A DNA stretch of 64,000 nt, taken from positions 8,341 to 72,340 of the IMG/VR virus record IMGVR_UViG_3300028024_000077; one strand, written 5' to 3'. Shown here one piece after another: positions 18,739 through 28,173 of this stretch; positions within the stretch are counted from its first letter, which is position 1; the number at the start of each line of letters is the position of its first letter. The stretch comes from a virus. Both the position numbers and the translations under genes were made by a program. Under the pieces are notes generated by a model. It searched no databases, was not told the DNA's origin, and saw only the letters and a list, made by a program, of their open reading frames with translations.

Positions 18739-19173
18739 ATGACCGAGCCTCACGTCCCCACAACCCAGGAAGAGCTTTCTCGGAAGACCCTGGAGACGAT
18801 CGAGGAGCTGCTGTTGTGGCGATCCCAGGAGCGCATCACTGATGGGCAACTAGGGATCGCCATCAACGCGGTCTTCAAGTCAGTTTCGGGCCTGATCGAC
18901 AAGGACGTGTTCGAGATCATCAGCCAAATCGTGGTTGACCATCCCAAGCATGACCGAGAGATCGCGGTCTTCCAGAAGGGGCGCGGCTCATTGGTGCTCG
19001 TCCGGTATGTCAATCAAGGGCGTCTCATGGCCTGGGACTGCCTGTTGGGCAAGACCAGCGCGAAGTCTTTCGAGGACGAGGCTCTCCCCGACAAGCGCGC
19101 CAAGCAGGCGTTTGACGCCGCCATCCAACACTGCCGCGACAAGGGCTATCGCGAGCTAACTGCAACCAAGTGA
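18739..19173 (+). CDS. hypothetical protein
   Basis: ATG 18739 after previous stop. Confidence 0.7.
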   Translation: MTEPHVPTTQEELSRKTLETIEELLLWRSQERITDGQLGIAINAVFKSVSGLIDKDVFEIISQIVVDHPKHDREIAVFQKGRGSLVLVRYVNQGRLMAWDCLLGKTSAKSFEDEALPDKRAKQAFDAAIQHCRDKGYRELTATK

Positions 19174-19179
19174 GGGGAT

Positions 19180-19374
19180 ATGGAGATCGCAACCAAGACC
19201 ACCTACCAGCTCTATCAAGAGTTGGGTGACCGGACGCATCTGATCGGTGGAGAAATTGCCGATCGGCAAGAAGCCGGCAGGAAGTTTTTCGCGCATAAGA
19301 GGCTCTTCCCGAAAGAGAAGATCGGCATACTTGAGCATGTGGAGACGACTAAGGTCAGCCTCAAAGCGCGGTGA
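19180..19374 (+). CDS. hypothetical protein
   Basis: GAGGGG SD. Confidence 0.6.
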   Translation: MEIATKTTYQLYQELGDRTHLIGGEIADRQEAGRKFFAHKRLFPKEKIGILEHVETTKVSLKAR

Positions 19375-19561
19375 CAAAACGCCTCATATCCCAAAGCGTT
19401 AGCGTGGAACGTGTTCTAAAATTAGGGAAAATCTGACTTTAGCGTTTTTCGCAAGAGCCAGAAAATTCCCATCGATCCACGGAATAATTTTGAGAGTCAG
19501 CCATCTGTCTCTTTGATTTTCTCACAGAATAGGGTAGTCAACACAAAGGCACAGACGACTC

Positions 19562-20122
19562 ATGATAGTGTCTGGTTTGGATCTTGAAACGACAGGACTT
19601 GAGCAGGTTAAAGGCGATCGTATCGTAGAAGTTGCGATCAAGTTCTATCATTTGGAAACCCGACGATTGGTCGGGCAGTACATACAGCGGATTAACCCGG
19701 AGAGATCCATCTCTGCGGCGGCTGAGGCGGTGCATAAAATCACGCTCGCCGATCTGGCTGATAAACCAAAGTGGCCGGCAGTAGCTCCAAAGGTCTACTC
19801 GCTGCTTACAAAGGCTCCACTCGTTGTCGCTCACAACGGGGACGAGTTCGATTTGCCATTTCTCATTGGCGAGTTAATTCGGGTAGGGCAACCGATCCCC
19901 GAAGTGGCGACTGTTGATACGATGAAGGAAGGGAGATGGGCTACGCCGGTCGGCAAAGTTCCAAGCCTCAAGGAACTGTGTTTCGCGTGCGACGTGGAAT
20001 ACGACCCAGAGAAGGCGCACGCGGCCGACTACGACGTGGACAAAATGATGGAATGTTTTTTCAGGGGATTGGATTTCGGCTTTTTCAGGCTGCCCGCCAC
20101 GATACGGGCGGAGGCGGCATAA
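19562..20122 (+). CDS. dnaQ: DnaQ-like 3'-5' exonuclease (DEDDh)
   Basis: DLETTG, VAHNGDEFD, HAADYD. Confidence 0.92.
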   Translation: MIVSGLDLETTGLEQVKGDRIVEVAIKFYHLETRRLVGQYIQRINPERSISAAAEAVHKITLADLADKPKWPAVAPKVYSLLTKAPLVVAHNGDEFDLPFLIGELIRVGQPIPEVATVDTMKEGRWATPVGKVPSLKELCFACDVEYDPEKAHAADYDVDKMMECFFRGLDFGFFRLPATIRAEAA

Positions 20123-20421
20123 TGAACGACAATTACCAGATCCCTCGGATCGCTCAATTGAGGATCGGTCGGAACGAGAGTTTCCTTAGCTCGTGGTTTC
20201 TCGGCATCCTTATTCCGCTTTTCTGGCTGCCTTCCCACATTCTCAGCGCTCTGGCCAGCGGCATCATGGAGATTGTGGTCGGCGCCTTCGCTATCGTCAC
20301 GCGGATCGTTGCGATGCTTGTGCAGTATGGAATTCTGATAGCGTGTGGCGCCTGCGGTATGGTGGTCGCAGTGAGCGCCGAGGAAGCTGCTGACGAGATC
20401 CAAGACGAGATTGACGACTAG
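20122..20421 (+). CDS. membrane protein
   Basis: TAATG coupling; hydrophobic. Confidence 0.6.
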   Translation: MNDNYQIPRIAQLRIGRNESFLSSWFLGILIPLFWLPSHILSALASGIMEIVVGAFAIVTRIVAMLVQYGILIACGACGMVVAVSAEEAADEIQDEIDD

Positions 20422-20502
20422 CCACCCACAACCGGCTGTGGTAATATTTTGACTGTCTAGCTCCGCGCGCAACGCAAAACCTTGCGTGTGGAAGCCACCT
20501 TG

Positions 20503-20537
20503 ACCCCCAGGCCCAAAGCCTGGGGGTTCTCTTTTCA
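20503..20537 (+). terminator. intrinsic terminator
   Basis: ACCCCCAGGC-CCAAA-GCCTGGGGGT then TCTCTTTT. Confidence 0.75.
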
Positions 20538-20546
20538 TGGGAAAAG

Positions 20547-20564
20547 TAAGTCATCGATTACTTT
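20547..20564. promoter_or_regulatory. 18-bp operator-like site
   Basis: TAAGTCA-TCGA-TTACTTT. Confidence 0.8.
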
Positions 20565-20621
20565 TCACTAGCGACTCCTACGCCGGTTCGCTAGATTGAG
20601 CCGTCTAGAGAAGAGAGCAGC

Positions 20622-21224
20622 ATGGCTATTCCGTCGCGTATCACGTCAGAGATGATCGAGATGCTCAAGGAAGCGGCGAAGGGGATTAAGTCGCCGTTGC
20701 TCACGACCAAGCCTCTCTTCGGGGAAGGCGCCAAGCCATACTATACCGGCGGGTTTGTCCCATCGGGTGGCGTGCCATCCGCCGGCTTGCTAAAGGACGA
20801 GATCCCGTTCATTGCGAAGCCAGGGTATGACGAAGTCCGCGTGCCGAAGGAACTTTTAGACGATCTGTCGGCACGAGATTATATCCGCAGGCTTGTGGCG
20901 AAAAGTGGGAGCGGCGAGCCCGTCACCACCAGCACGACGATCCACGTTATTGAGCCGGCCGTTGCGGCTACCCTCACGGCGGACAAGCTCGAAGCCATGA
21001 GGGAGACAATATGGAAAAGTTTGATAGGTGAGGAGGACGAAACGATGGCAGCAAAACCCCGCAGATTTGGCAAGACCAAAAGCGCCGATGAAATGGCAGA
21101 GCGCCGCAAGCAGCTCGCCGCGATGATGGCTGACAACGCCAAGGATCGGGCGGAAGTGCAGGCCGAGGTCGCCGCCCTCAGCGAGCGGATCGCCGAGGAA
21201 AACCCGGAATTCGGGACGTGGTAG
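20622..21224 (+). CDS. hypothetical protein ending in FGTW
   Basis: 200-aa ATG ORF downstream of operator. Confidence 0.7.
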   Translation: MAIPSRITSEMIEMLKEAAKGIKSPLLTTKPLFGEGAKPYYTGGFVPSGGVPSAGLLKDEIPFIAKPGYDEVRVPKELLDDLSARDYIRRLVAKSGSGEPVTTSTTIHVIEPAVAATLTADKLEAMRETIWKSLIGEEDETMAAKPRRFGKTKSADEMAERRKQLAAMMADNAKDRAEVQAEVAALSERIAEENPEFGTW

Positions 21225-21252
21225 GGAAAAGCTTATTGCATTTTCCCAGAAA

Positions 21253-21270
21253 ATAAGTAATCACTGACTT
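21253..21270. promoter_or_regulatory. 18-bp operator-like site
   Basis: TAAGTAA-TCAC-TGACTTT. Confidence 0.8.
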
Positions 21271-21327
21271 TCTTTCCCAACGCGCAAGTGCGATAGTTGA
21301 GAGATCAGAGAGCAAACGGAGGTAAGA

Positions 21328-22020
21328 TTGTCGGACGAGCAGGAATTTCACCATGACTCCTATGGCATGGTCGAGGCCAGCCGGATCAGTGGCGTTTTTA
21401 GTATGTTCGGCTCCGATCTTGAGCATAGCGACGCCATCGAGATCCGTGTCCGGCCGGGCAAGCACGTCCGCTACCTTAACAGCGATTGGTTCTACGAGAC
21501 CGGCATGCCTTACCTGACTTTCCGCATGACGGAAGCGCAGTTCGTGAGCATGGTTACCGGCCTCAATACCAAGCGCGTGCCTTGCACGATCTATCAGAGC
21601 CGCGACGGTGACGTGAAGATCCACGAGAGGACGCCCCAGCCGGAGACAAAGCAACGGGTCTTCCAGCGCGAGTTTAAGGTGCGCGCCGCTCGCGCAGTGG
21701 AAAAGGTAGCTGAGGCCGGTCGGAAGCTGACCGCGATCCTCAATCAAAAGACCGTCAGCAAGGCGGACGTGCGCAACGCCCTTTGCCTGGTTGATGCCGC
21801 GCACATCGACGTTAAGAACAACATGCCATTCGTGGTCGAGTGCTTCGAGGAGAACCTCGAATGGCGCACCCATGATGCGAAGTTGGAGATCGAGACCCAC
21901 GCCCAAATGACCGTTACGCGCCTTGGCATGGAGGCTCTCGGCAAGAGATTGGAGGAGGGCGAGGTTCTCATTGAGATCATCGACCCCGCCAAACCGGCAG
22001 CGCTGCCGGCGGGCGATTAA
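21328..22020 (+). CDS. hypothetical protein
   Basis: TTG start with GGAGGT SD. Confidence 0.75.
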   Translation: MSDEQEFHHDSYGMVEASRISGVFSMFGSDLEHSDAIEIRVRPGKHVRYLNSDWFYETGMPYLTFRMTEAQFVSMVTGLNTKRVPCTIYQSRDGDVKIHERTPQPETKQRVFQREFKVRAARAVEKVAEAGRKLTAILNQKTVSKADVRNALCLVDAAHIDVKNNMPFVVECFEENLEWRTHDAKLEIETHAQMTVTRLGMEALGKRLEEGEVLIEIIDPAKPAALPAGD

Positions 22021-22035
22021 TTTTGCCTGGAACAA

Positions 22036-22053
22036 TAAGTAAGTGCTGACTTT
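22036..22053. promoter_or_regulatory. 18-bp operator-like site
   Basis: TAAGTAA-GTGC-TGACTTT. Confidence 0.8.
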
Positions 22054-22066
22054 TAGGAGCTAGACA

Positions 22067-22465
22067 ATGAAGCACAAACTGACCCTGCGGAAGGCGTTGC
22101 CCAAGATGTTCAAGGCGTTCCGCGAACGCAAACTGATCTGCCAGAACGGCGGCCAAAACGTGGGCTATCGACGTGAAGATGGCTGCATGTGCATCGTCGG
22201 CGCCGGGCTTCCCGACAAGACCCTCGTGGAACTGTTGAATGCCAAGCGCAACCAAAATGGCCTGGATGTGCTGCATGACTACAATCATGTCGAATTCAAG
22301 TCCGACAGCGAGCAGGAAGTTTTCGGGGAACTCATGGATCTCCATGATGAAGGCTGCGCCGGCGCGAAACTCTATCGGCGTAAACAACGGCGCCAACTGG
22401 CGGCTAAGCTGAACAAGCTCGCCAAGGATCTCAAGCTGGATCTTCAGCCGCTCCATGTGAGCTAA
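22067..22465 (+). CDS. hypothetical protein
   Basis: Preceded by GGAGCTAGACA leader. Confidence 0.75.
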   Translation: MKHKLTLRKALPKMFKAFRERKLICQNGGQNVGYRREDGCMCIVGAGLPDKTLVELLNAKRNQNGLDVLHDYNHVEFKSDSEQEVFGELMDLHDEGCAGAKLYRRKQRRQLAAKLNKLAKDLKLDLQPLHVS

Positions 22466-22565
22466 GGCAGCAATTTGCCCGAGTGGGGAAGCGATAACCA
22501 ACCCGCTTCCCCGCTTGCGCGCTGCGACAATCACACAATCGACAGAACAACGGAGGGCCGGGGCA

Positions 22566-23990
22566 ATGTCCACGGAGATCGCGCTACGCGCATCGATCAG
22601 GCAGCTCGAAGGGTATCGCAAGATGGCGATCACTCAGTTCGCTGAGGCGACGGCGGCCATGAATACGGCGCTGAAGACGGCGGCGCTGGCGGCCGGCGGC
22701 AAAGGCATCTATGTAGATGACGACTTCGCCAAGTGTTTTTTCGGCCGTGGCTACGCCAAGCATGATTTCGCCACGACGGCCCGGATGCAGCTCGATCGCC
22801 AGATTTGGGATCATCTGATCGAGGCCCACGGCCTTGAGCGGATCATGGACAAGAAGGCGCGCGATGAATTCCGCGAGCAGCTCCGCAACGACCCGCCGGA
22901 GGCAACGGCCGAGAACGCCTACGCCACGATCAGCACGTTCCTGGGCCAGGCCGATCTGATTTTCAAGCGCGGCATCGCCAACGCTTTCAGCCAGCTCGAT
23001 CGCCGCTTCCGCACGCATGACGGCTTCAAGATTGGCAGCAAGATTATTCTGTCGAATGCCTTCACTGATTATGGGAGCTGGAACTACCACCGGCGCCAGG
23101 ACGAGACCCTGCGCGACGTTGAGCGGGCATTCTACATCCTGGATGGAAAGCCCGTGCCGGATAGGGTCGGCAACCCCAAGCCTGATAACGGCGGACCTGC
23201 CATTGCCAAGAGCTTTCTAACGACGGTCGATGAGGCTCGCCCGAGAGGGTTTGGTATGGTCGCGTTCCAGGCTGAGGACGATATGTTCCGCCTCAGGGCG
23301 TTCAAGAACGGCAACGCCCATCTATTCTTCAAGCGCGACGACCTGGTCACCAAGGTTAACAAGCAGCTCGCCGACTATTATGGCGACGTGCTACCGGCGG
23401 GCAGCGATTGCGCTGAGGTGAAGCCTCAATTCAACCGGACGCCGGCCAAGAACTATGGCTTCTTCCCGACGCCCGAGGCCGTGGTCAGTCACCTAATTGA
23501 GCGCGCCAACATCTATCCGAAGCCGCTCAAGATCTTGGAGCCGGAAGCGGGCACGGGGCGCATTGCCTCGGCAGTGGCGGACGAAAACGACGTAACCTGT
23601 GTTGAGATCCAGCGTCACATGGCTGACGAATTGGCGGCCAGCGGCAAATACCGGCGTGTGATCCACAATGACTTTTTCGACGTCACGCCCGAATACCTGG
23701 GGCTCTTCGACCGCATCATCATGAACCCGCCATTCGACGGCCAGCGTGACATCGACCACGTCACGCACGCCGTCAGCTTCCTTGAAGACGAGGGGCGCCT
23801 GGTCGCGGTTATGGCTGCCGGCGTCGAGTTCCGAGAGAACGCGAAGGCGGTCAAGTTCCGCCAGCTCGTCGAGGCGCGCAAGGGTGCTTTCTTTGACCTG
23901 CCGCCGGCCTCGTTCGCGGAGAGCGGCACGATGGTCAACACGGTGATTTGCGTCATCCCCGGCATTAAGGCCGGCCCAGCGAGGTGGTGA
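22566..23990 (+). CDS. DUF4942-like domain + N6-adenine DNA methyltransferase
   Basis: N-terminal D...W..L and F..KAFKNGNAHL.F pattern; FFPTP, ILEPEAGTG, MNPPF motif IV. Confidence 0.88.
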   Translation: MSTEIALRASIRQLEGYRKMAITQFAEATAAMNTALKTAALAAGGKGIYVDDDFAKCFFGRGYAKHDFATTARMQLDRQIWDHLIEAHGLERIMDKKARDEFREQLRNDPPEATAENAYATISTFLGQADLIFKRGIANAFSQLDRRFRTHDGFKIGSKIILSNAFTDYGSWNYHRRQDETLRDVERAFYILDGKPVPDRVGNPKPDNGGPAIAKSFLTTVDEARPRGFGMVAFQAEDDMFRLRAFKNGNAHLFFKRDDLVTKVNKQLADYYGDVLPAGSDCAEVKPQFNRTPAKNYGFFPTPEAVVSHLIERANIYPKPLKILEPEAGTGRIASAVADENDVTCVEIQRHMADELAASGKYRRVIHNDFFDVTPEYLGLFDRIIMNPPFDGQRDIDHVTHAVSFLEDEGRLVAVMAAGVEFRENAKAVKFRQLVEARKGAFFDLPPASFAESGTMVNTVICVIPGIKAGPARW

Positions 23991-24217
23991 AAATGAGCAG
24001 AGGCAGTTTTGCAATGAGCATGTTGGGAGCGGCTCTGATGGCCAGTGGCGGCATCCGGCCGGTGAGCGACACGGTGCGCGAGGTGGACGAGGCAAAACGC
24101 CCCGAGCCTAAGACCGCCCCGACCACAAACACGGCGCGCGACCCGTTCGAAGGCATGTCCCGGCAGCAGCGCCGCGCCATCCAGCGCCAAGTCACCAAGA
24201 AGCTGCGGAGAGGCTGA
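23984..24217 (+). CDS. hypothetical protein
   Basis: Short ORF with SRQQRRA basic tail. Confidence 0.6.
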   Translation: MVKMSRGSFAMSMLGAALMASGGIRPVSDTVREVDEAKRPEPKTAPTTNTARDPFEGMSRQQRRAIQRQVTKKLRRG

Positions 24218-24218
24218 G

Positions 24219-24464
24219 ATGGGCATCCATACTGACAATATGCGTCGGCAGGCACATCTGAAGGCCGAGAAGATCGCCCGCATCGCCAAGAGCAATTGCT
24301 GTTTCACGGTGTCGCTCCGCTACCGGGACGATTGGTTGCGACGGCGCTGCAACAAGATGGTCTTGGAAGGCATCTTCGCCCGGCCCAAGCGCGTCGGCAA
24401 ATACATCGAATATCGGCTGCGACCGGCGAGCGTCGCCCCAGCTACAACCGGAGGAGCGGCATGA
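24219..24464 (+). CDS. hypothetical basic protein
   Basis: In operon. Confidence 0.6.
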   Translation: MGIHTDNMRRQAHLKAEKIARIAKSNCCFTVSLRYRDDWLRRRCNKMVLEGIFARPKRVGKYIEYRLRPASVAPATTGGAA

Positions 24465-25108
24465 TCCGCAGCACCATCGAGGATGCTCTGAAGCATTCCT
24501 ATCGCAACTTCCACGCCAAGGGCTTTGACTATCTTTGCCTGAAGCGCAGTGCCAAGGAGACGGTGAAGATTTACACCTTCGCCGACGAAGCGGCGTACAG
24601 CTCGGAGGTGGTCTGTCCGCATGATCACCGATACGACTTCACCACGACGGTCCTGGCCGGCACGCTGCAAAACCTGGTTTATGTGCCGCGCATGAACCAC
24701 TACAGCCAGCTCTTCTATCGCCACAACTATCGCACGCCACTGAATGGCGGCAACGGCTTCGAACCAGCCGGCGCCACGTATTTGGCGCTGACCGAGCATA
24801 GCATCTATGGGAACGGCGAAATCTGCCAAATGCTCGCCGAGCAGATCCACACCATCCGGGTGGACTCGCGCTCCATCCTGATGCTTGAACAGGCAGAGGA
24901 TCGCAACGTCGTTCATACGGCGACCTACAGTCGCCACGAGACCATGCCGTCGCTCTCGGGCCTTTACCGCAGGTTCTATGAGGGCGAGTTCATGGACAAG
25001 CTTCATGACGTGTGCGAGGCGGTCGGCGCTGATCTGAAGTTCTTTGATAACGCCTTCGAATTCAACCACCACAAGCTGAACATGCACGACACAGTGGAGA
25101 CGAAATAA
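24461..25108 (+). CDS. cupin / cysteine-dioxygenase-like fold protein
   Basis: PHDH..F...VLAGTLQN and IHTI metal-binding pattern; GGAGG SD before ATG 24461. Confidence 0.6.
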   Translation: MIRSTIEDALKHSYRNFHAKGFDYLCLKRSAKETVKIYTFADEAAYSSEVVCPHDHRYDFTTTVLAGTLQNLVYVPRMNHYSQLFYRHNYRTPLNGGNGFEPAGATYLALTEHSIYGNGEICQMLAEQIHTIRVDSRSILMLEQAEDRNVVHTATYSRHETMPSLSGLYRRFYEGEFMDKLHDVCEAVGADLKFFDNAFEFNHHKLNMHDTVETK

Positions 25109-25650
25109 TGACTACGCGCAAAGGCATTGCCGAGCCCAAGGGGCCGGTCACCCAGGATTGGGTTCACGGCATCACCTTCATGCAACAGACTGTCCTGCTG
25201 GCAGCCGTACGTGGCCCGGATGGCGTCAGTAAGTATCATCCGGCCAAGTTCCTCCTTCGCTGGTATCGGCGTTGTGTCCTCGTATCCGCGATGGATGGGA
25301 AGGTGTTGATGACGCCCTATCATTTCGGTGGCGGTTCGTTCACCGGCCCGAGCTATAGCCCGACCCAGTTAGAGCATGACTGGGAGCCGCAGATGGACGA
25401 AGTGGTCGGGAAGTATATCCGAGAGATCGACAGCCTGCCGCATCATGCGATCAGCCACTACCTGGGCGCCTTCCAGATCCTCGGCTGCAAGCACCCGGTC
25501 GAGAAGGTCAGGAATTGGTGGCGGCGTGTTTACGAGCGCCTGGTTCAAGACCTCAACCTGCGCCCGGAGTCCGAGGCTGACATGGACAGTCGCCTCGGCG
25601 ACGATCGCTCGGCCTGGCTGGCGCGCAACGATGTGGCAAAGGTTGACTGA
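25108..25650 (+). CDS. hypothetical protein
   Basis: TAATG coupling. Confidence 0.75.
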   Translation: MTTRKGIAEPKGPVTQDWVHGITFMQQTVLLAAVRGPDGVSKYHPAKFLLRWYRRCVLVSAMDGKVLMTPYHFGGGSFTGPSYSPTQLEHDWEPQMDEVVGKYIREIDSLPHHAISHYLGAFQILGCKHPVEKVRNWWRRVYERLVQDLNLRPESEADMDSRLGDDRSAWLARNDVAKVD

Positions 25651-26234
25651 TGCTGATCAGTGATCTGGAACGCCGGGCGATGGAATTTGCCTACGAGGCG
25701 CACGAAGGGCAAGACCGCAAATATAACGGGATGCCCTACATCATTCACCCGGCGGAGGTGGTCAGTATCCTGCGGGCTGTTGACCCGCACCCGGCTATGC
25801 TGGCGGCGGCCTGGCTGCATGACGTGGTGGAAGATTGCGAGATCACGAACGAGGCAATCCGCGAAGAGTTTGGCGATGAGGTCGCCGATCTTGTGGATTG
25901 GGTGACCGACCCCGAGCCCTACCGCGACCCATCCTATGGCAACCGCGCCAAGCGGAAAGAGGCTATTCGAATGCGGCTCGGTATGGCGCCAGTCGATGCT
26001 CAGAACATCAAGGTGGCGGATCTCATGTCCAACACCCGCTCGATCATCGCCTATGATAAGGGCTTCGCCAAGATCTACCTCCCTGAAAAGGACGCGTTGC
26101 TGGCGACGTTGACCAAGGCGCACCAGATTTTGCGGATGCAGGCATACGATTTGCTCGGCAAAGCCGTGGCAGAACTGGATCAATTCGAGTTGAACCTCGA
26201 ACAAATGAAGCGCCGCACGCTGCCGACGTGTTGA
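25650..26234 (+). CDS. HD-domain hydrolase, RelA/SpoT/MESH1-type (small alarmone hydrolase-like)
   Basis: FAYEAHEGQDRK..G.PYIIHP, AAAWLHDVVED, IKVAD..SN. Confidence 0.88.
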   Translation: MLISDLERRAMEFAYEAHEGQDRKYNGMPYIIHPAEVVSILRAVDPHPAMLAAAWLHDVVEDCEITNEAIREEFGDEVADLVDWVTDPEPYRDPSYGNRAKRKEAIRMRLGMAPVDAQNIKVADLMSNTRSIIAYDKGFAKIYLPEKDALLATLTKAHQILRMQAYDLLGKAVAELDQFELNLEQMKRRTLPTC

Positions 26235-26287
26235 AAGCAGCCGGCAGCTAGGTCACAATGGGATAGGTCAGTAGGGAGAAACGAGCC

Positions 26288-26599
26288 ATGAAATGGGTGC
26301 TTGCGGCAGTTGTGGCGTTAGGATCGGCGGCGTTTGCAGATATGGCCGCAGCCGATGGCTACATCATCCCCAATGGCATGGGTGGCTATAACGTCTACAG
26401 TCCAAGTGGCAACCTGAAATACCAGGTTGTGCCAAACGCCACTGGTGCTGTCGTGGTCGATCGCCACGGCAACCACGTCGAGACGTTATATAACTTCGAT
26501 CAGCAATCTGATCAGGATCTGACCAACCCTTATAGCTCCAATGATGTTGATCCGGCCTATCAGGATCAAGGCGACGACGGCAGCGAAGATACCCAGTAA
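26288..26599 (+). CDS. exported protein with acidic tail
   Basis: Signal peptide MKWVLAAVVALGSAAFA. Confidence 0.7.
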   Translation: MKWVLAAVVALGSAAFADMAAADGYIIPNGMGGYNVYSPSGNLKYQVVPNATGAVVVDRHGNHVETLYNFDQQSDQDLTNPYSSNDVDPAYQDQGDDGSEDTQ

Positions 26600-26700
26600 A
26601 TAGCGGGTCTTCCAGTTTGTAACGCCAATATCTATGCGTCACTATCATCATGTCAGCGCAACGAAGCGCAGACAGTGACGCAAACAACAAGGAGCTAGAC

Positions 26701-27534
26701 ATGCCCAACCCGACGACTGACACCGTCAAGGTGTCGCCCGCCGTTCCGGCCGCCGTGCTGGACGAGAATTTGCTCGATACGATTGACGCTGAGGAAGCGA
26801 CGGTCGATGAAACGAGCCTGACCGACGAGGAGCTTGCGCTCATGGACGAAGCGATGGTCATCGACGGCACGGCCGAGGAAGTGACCGATGAGACGCTTTC
26901 CGCCGAGGACGAAGCGCTGCTCTCGGAAATCTCCACCGAGATCGAAGCCGAGGAGATGCGCGCCGAGACCTACAAGGAGGCGGACGCCGGGGCCGACGTG
27001 AAGTCTGCCGAGGAAGTTGCCGCCGAGGCGCCGAAGAAGGCCCGCAAGGCACGGGAAGCCACGCCCGCCGGCGAGAAGAAGCCGCGCGAGCCGCGCCCGA
27101 CCTTCGAGCATCGCTCCGATGCTTTGCTGCATCGCATCGGCGGGCGGGAAAACCTGCTGTTCGTCTCTGGCGATCTGCATCTCGACCCCGGCGCCCTGGC
27201 GCAGAAGCGCGACGACTTCCTGGCGGAAGTTAACAGCACGGCCAAGAAGGTGCAGGAGAAGGTCATCAATCTTTTCGCTGCTGCCAACGGCAAGGCGAAG
27301 CTGTCCGAATACAGCAAGATCGCCATCAATCTGCTCGCCGAGAGCGAGACTACTTCGAAGGCGATTTACGAGGCGATGCTGGCGGCGAAGTATTCGACCG
27401 GCACGGCGCGCAGCCAGAGCCAGCAGATGATGAATTTGCTGCCGCTGGTGGGCATCGCCACCCGCGACAAGAACGTCCTCAAGCTGAACAAGGACAGCGT
27501 CCTGTTTGTCGCACTCACCAAGACCGCCGAGTAA
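26701..27534 (+). CDS. acidic N-terminus + putative winged-helix domain (paralogue 1 of 3)
   Basis: ATG after GGAGCTAGAC; E/D-rich first 100 aa; YSTGTARSQ motif shared with 38723 and 41873. Confidence 0.8.
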   Translation: MPNPTTDTVKVSPAVPAAVLDENLLDTIDAEEATVDETSLTDEELALMDEAMVIDGTAEEVTDETLSAEDEALLSEISTEIEAEEMRAETYKEADAGADVKSAEEVAAEAPKKARKAREATPAGEKKPREPRPTFEHRSDALLHRIGGRENLLFVSGDLHLDPGALAQKRDDFLAEVNSTAKKVQEKVINLFAAANGKAKLSEYSKIAINLLAESETTSKAIYEAMLAAKYSTGTARSQSQQMMNLLPLVGIATRDKNVLKLNKDSVLFVALTKTAE

Positions 27535-27541
27535 TCGAGTA

Positions 27542-27574
27542 GGGGCGGGGCCAGCTCCCCGCCCCCTTGACTTT
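27542..27574 (+). terminator. intrinsic terminator
   Basis: GGGGCGGGG-CCAGCT-CCCCGCCCC then CTTGACTTT. Confidence 0.65.
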
Positions 27575-27585
27575 GCGGCGCAAGG

Positions 27586-27603
27586 TAAGTAAACGATTAC
27601 TTA
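27586..27603. promoter_or_regulatory. 18-bp operator-like site
   Basis: TAAGTAA-ACGA-TTACTTA abutting next ATG. Confidence 0.8.
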
Positions 27604-27770
27604 TGAGAGCGATGTTCCGCTTCCTCATGATCACCGCGTTCCTGATCGGCTACGGCCATCATGTGGTGCATTGCTATTTGACCGGGAAGTGGATCGCGCT
27701 GGTCTTCGGCGCAGTCGTGTTCCCGGCTGGAGTTCTTCACGGCTACGGCCTGTGGTTTGGATGGTTCTAA
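27603..27770 (+). CDS. small membrane protein
   Basis: Two hydrophobic helices. Confidence 0.6.
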   Translation: MRAMFRFLMITAFLIGYGHHVVHCYLTGKWIALVFGAVVFPAGVLHGYGLWFGWF

Positions 27771-28173
27771 GGAGGGGTTTGACGTGGAGCTTCGCGCAGC
27801 GGTGAAAGCCGAATTTAGCAGGATGCTGGATGGCGGCGACTATCGCGAGGGCTTCTGGCAGGGGCTCTATGAGCCGTCGCGCCAGGAGATGTATCGGGCC
27901 CGGTTGGTTCGGGACAGTGAACTGCATACGTTGGATGCTTACGCCAAGATGCTCGAAATGGCTGCTGCGCCCGGCGACGTGAAAGCCAAGCGCGCAGCGC
28001 GCAAAGCGCGCGAGAAAGCCCGCAAGTTCGAAGGCGTCCTGCGCCAGCGCCGGTATGGGTGGGTGACAGATCCAATTACCCGAGAGTGGCAGGCGAGTGT
28101 GCAGTGGATCACGGATGCGCGCGACGCTGCCGTCTACATACAGCGAATGAACAACCAGTTTCCCAAGGGTTGA
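27757..28173 (+). CDS. hypothetical protein
   Basis: ATG ORF in operon. Confidence 0.7.
   Translation: MDGSKEGFDVELRAAVKAEFSRMLDGGDYREGFWQGLYEPSRQEMYRARLVRDSELHTLDAYAKMLEMAAAPGDVKAKRAARKAREKARKFEGVLRQRRYGWVTDPITREWQASVQWITDARDAAVYIQRMNNQFPKG

Noticed and set aside
22566-23990. MTase as protector of the CCATGG arrays
   Set aside because: Specificity cannot be read from the sequence; nothing links the two
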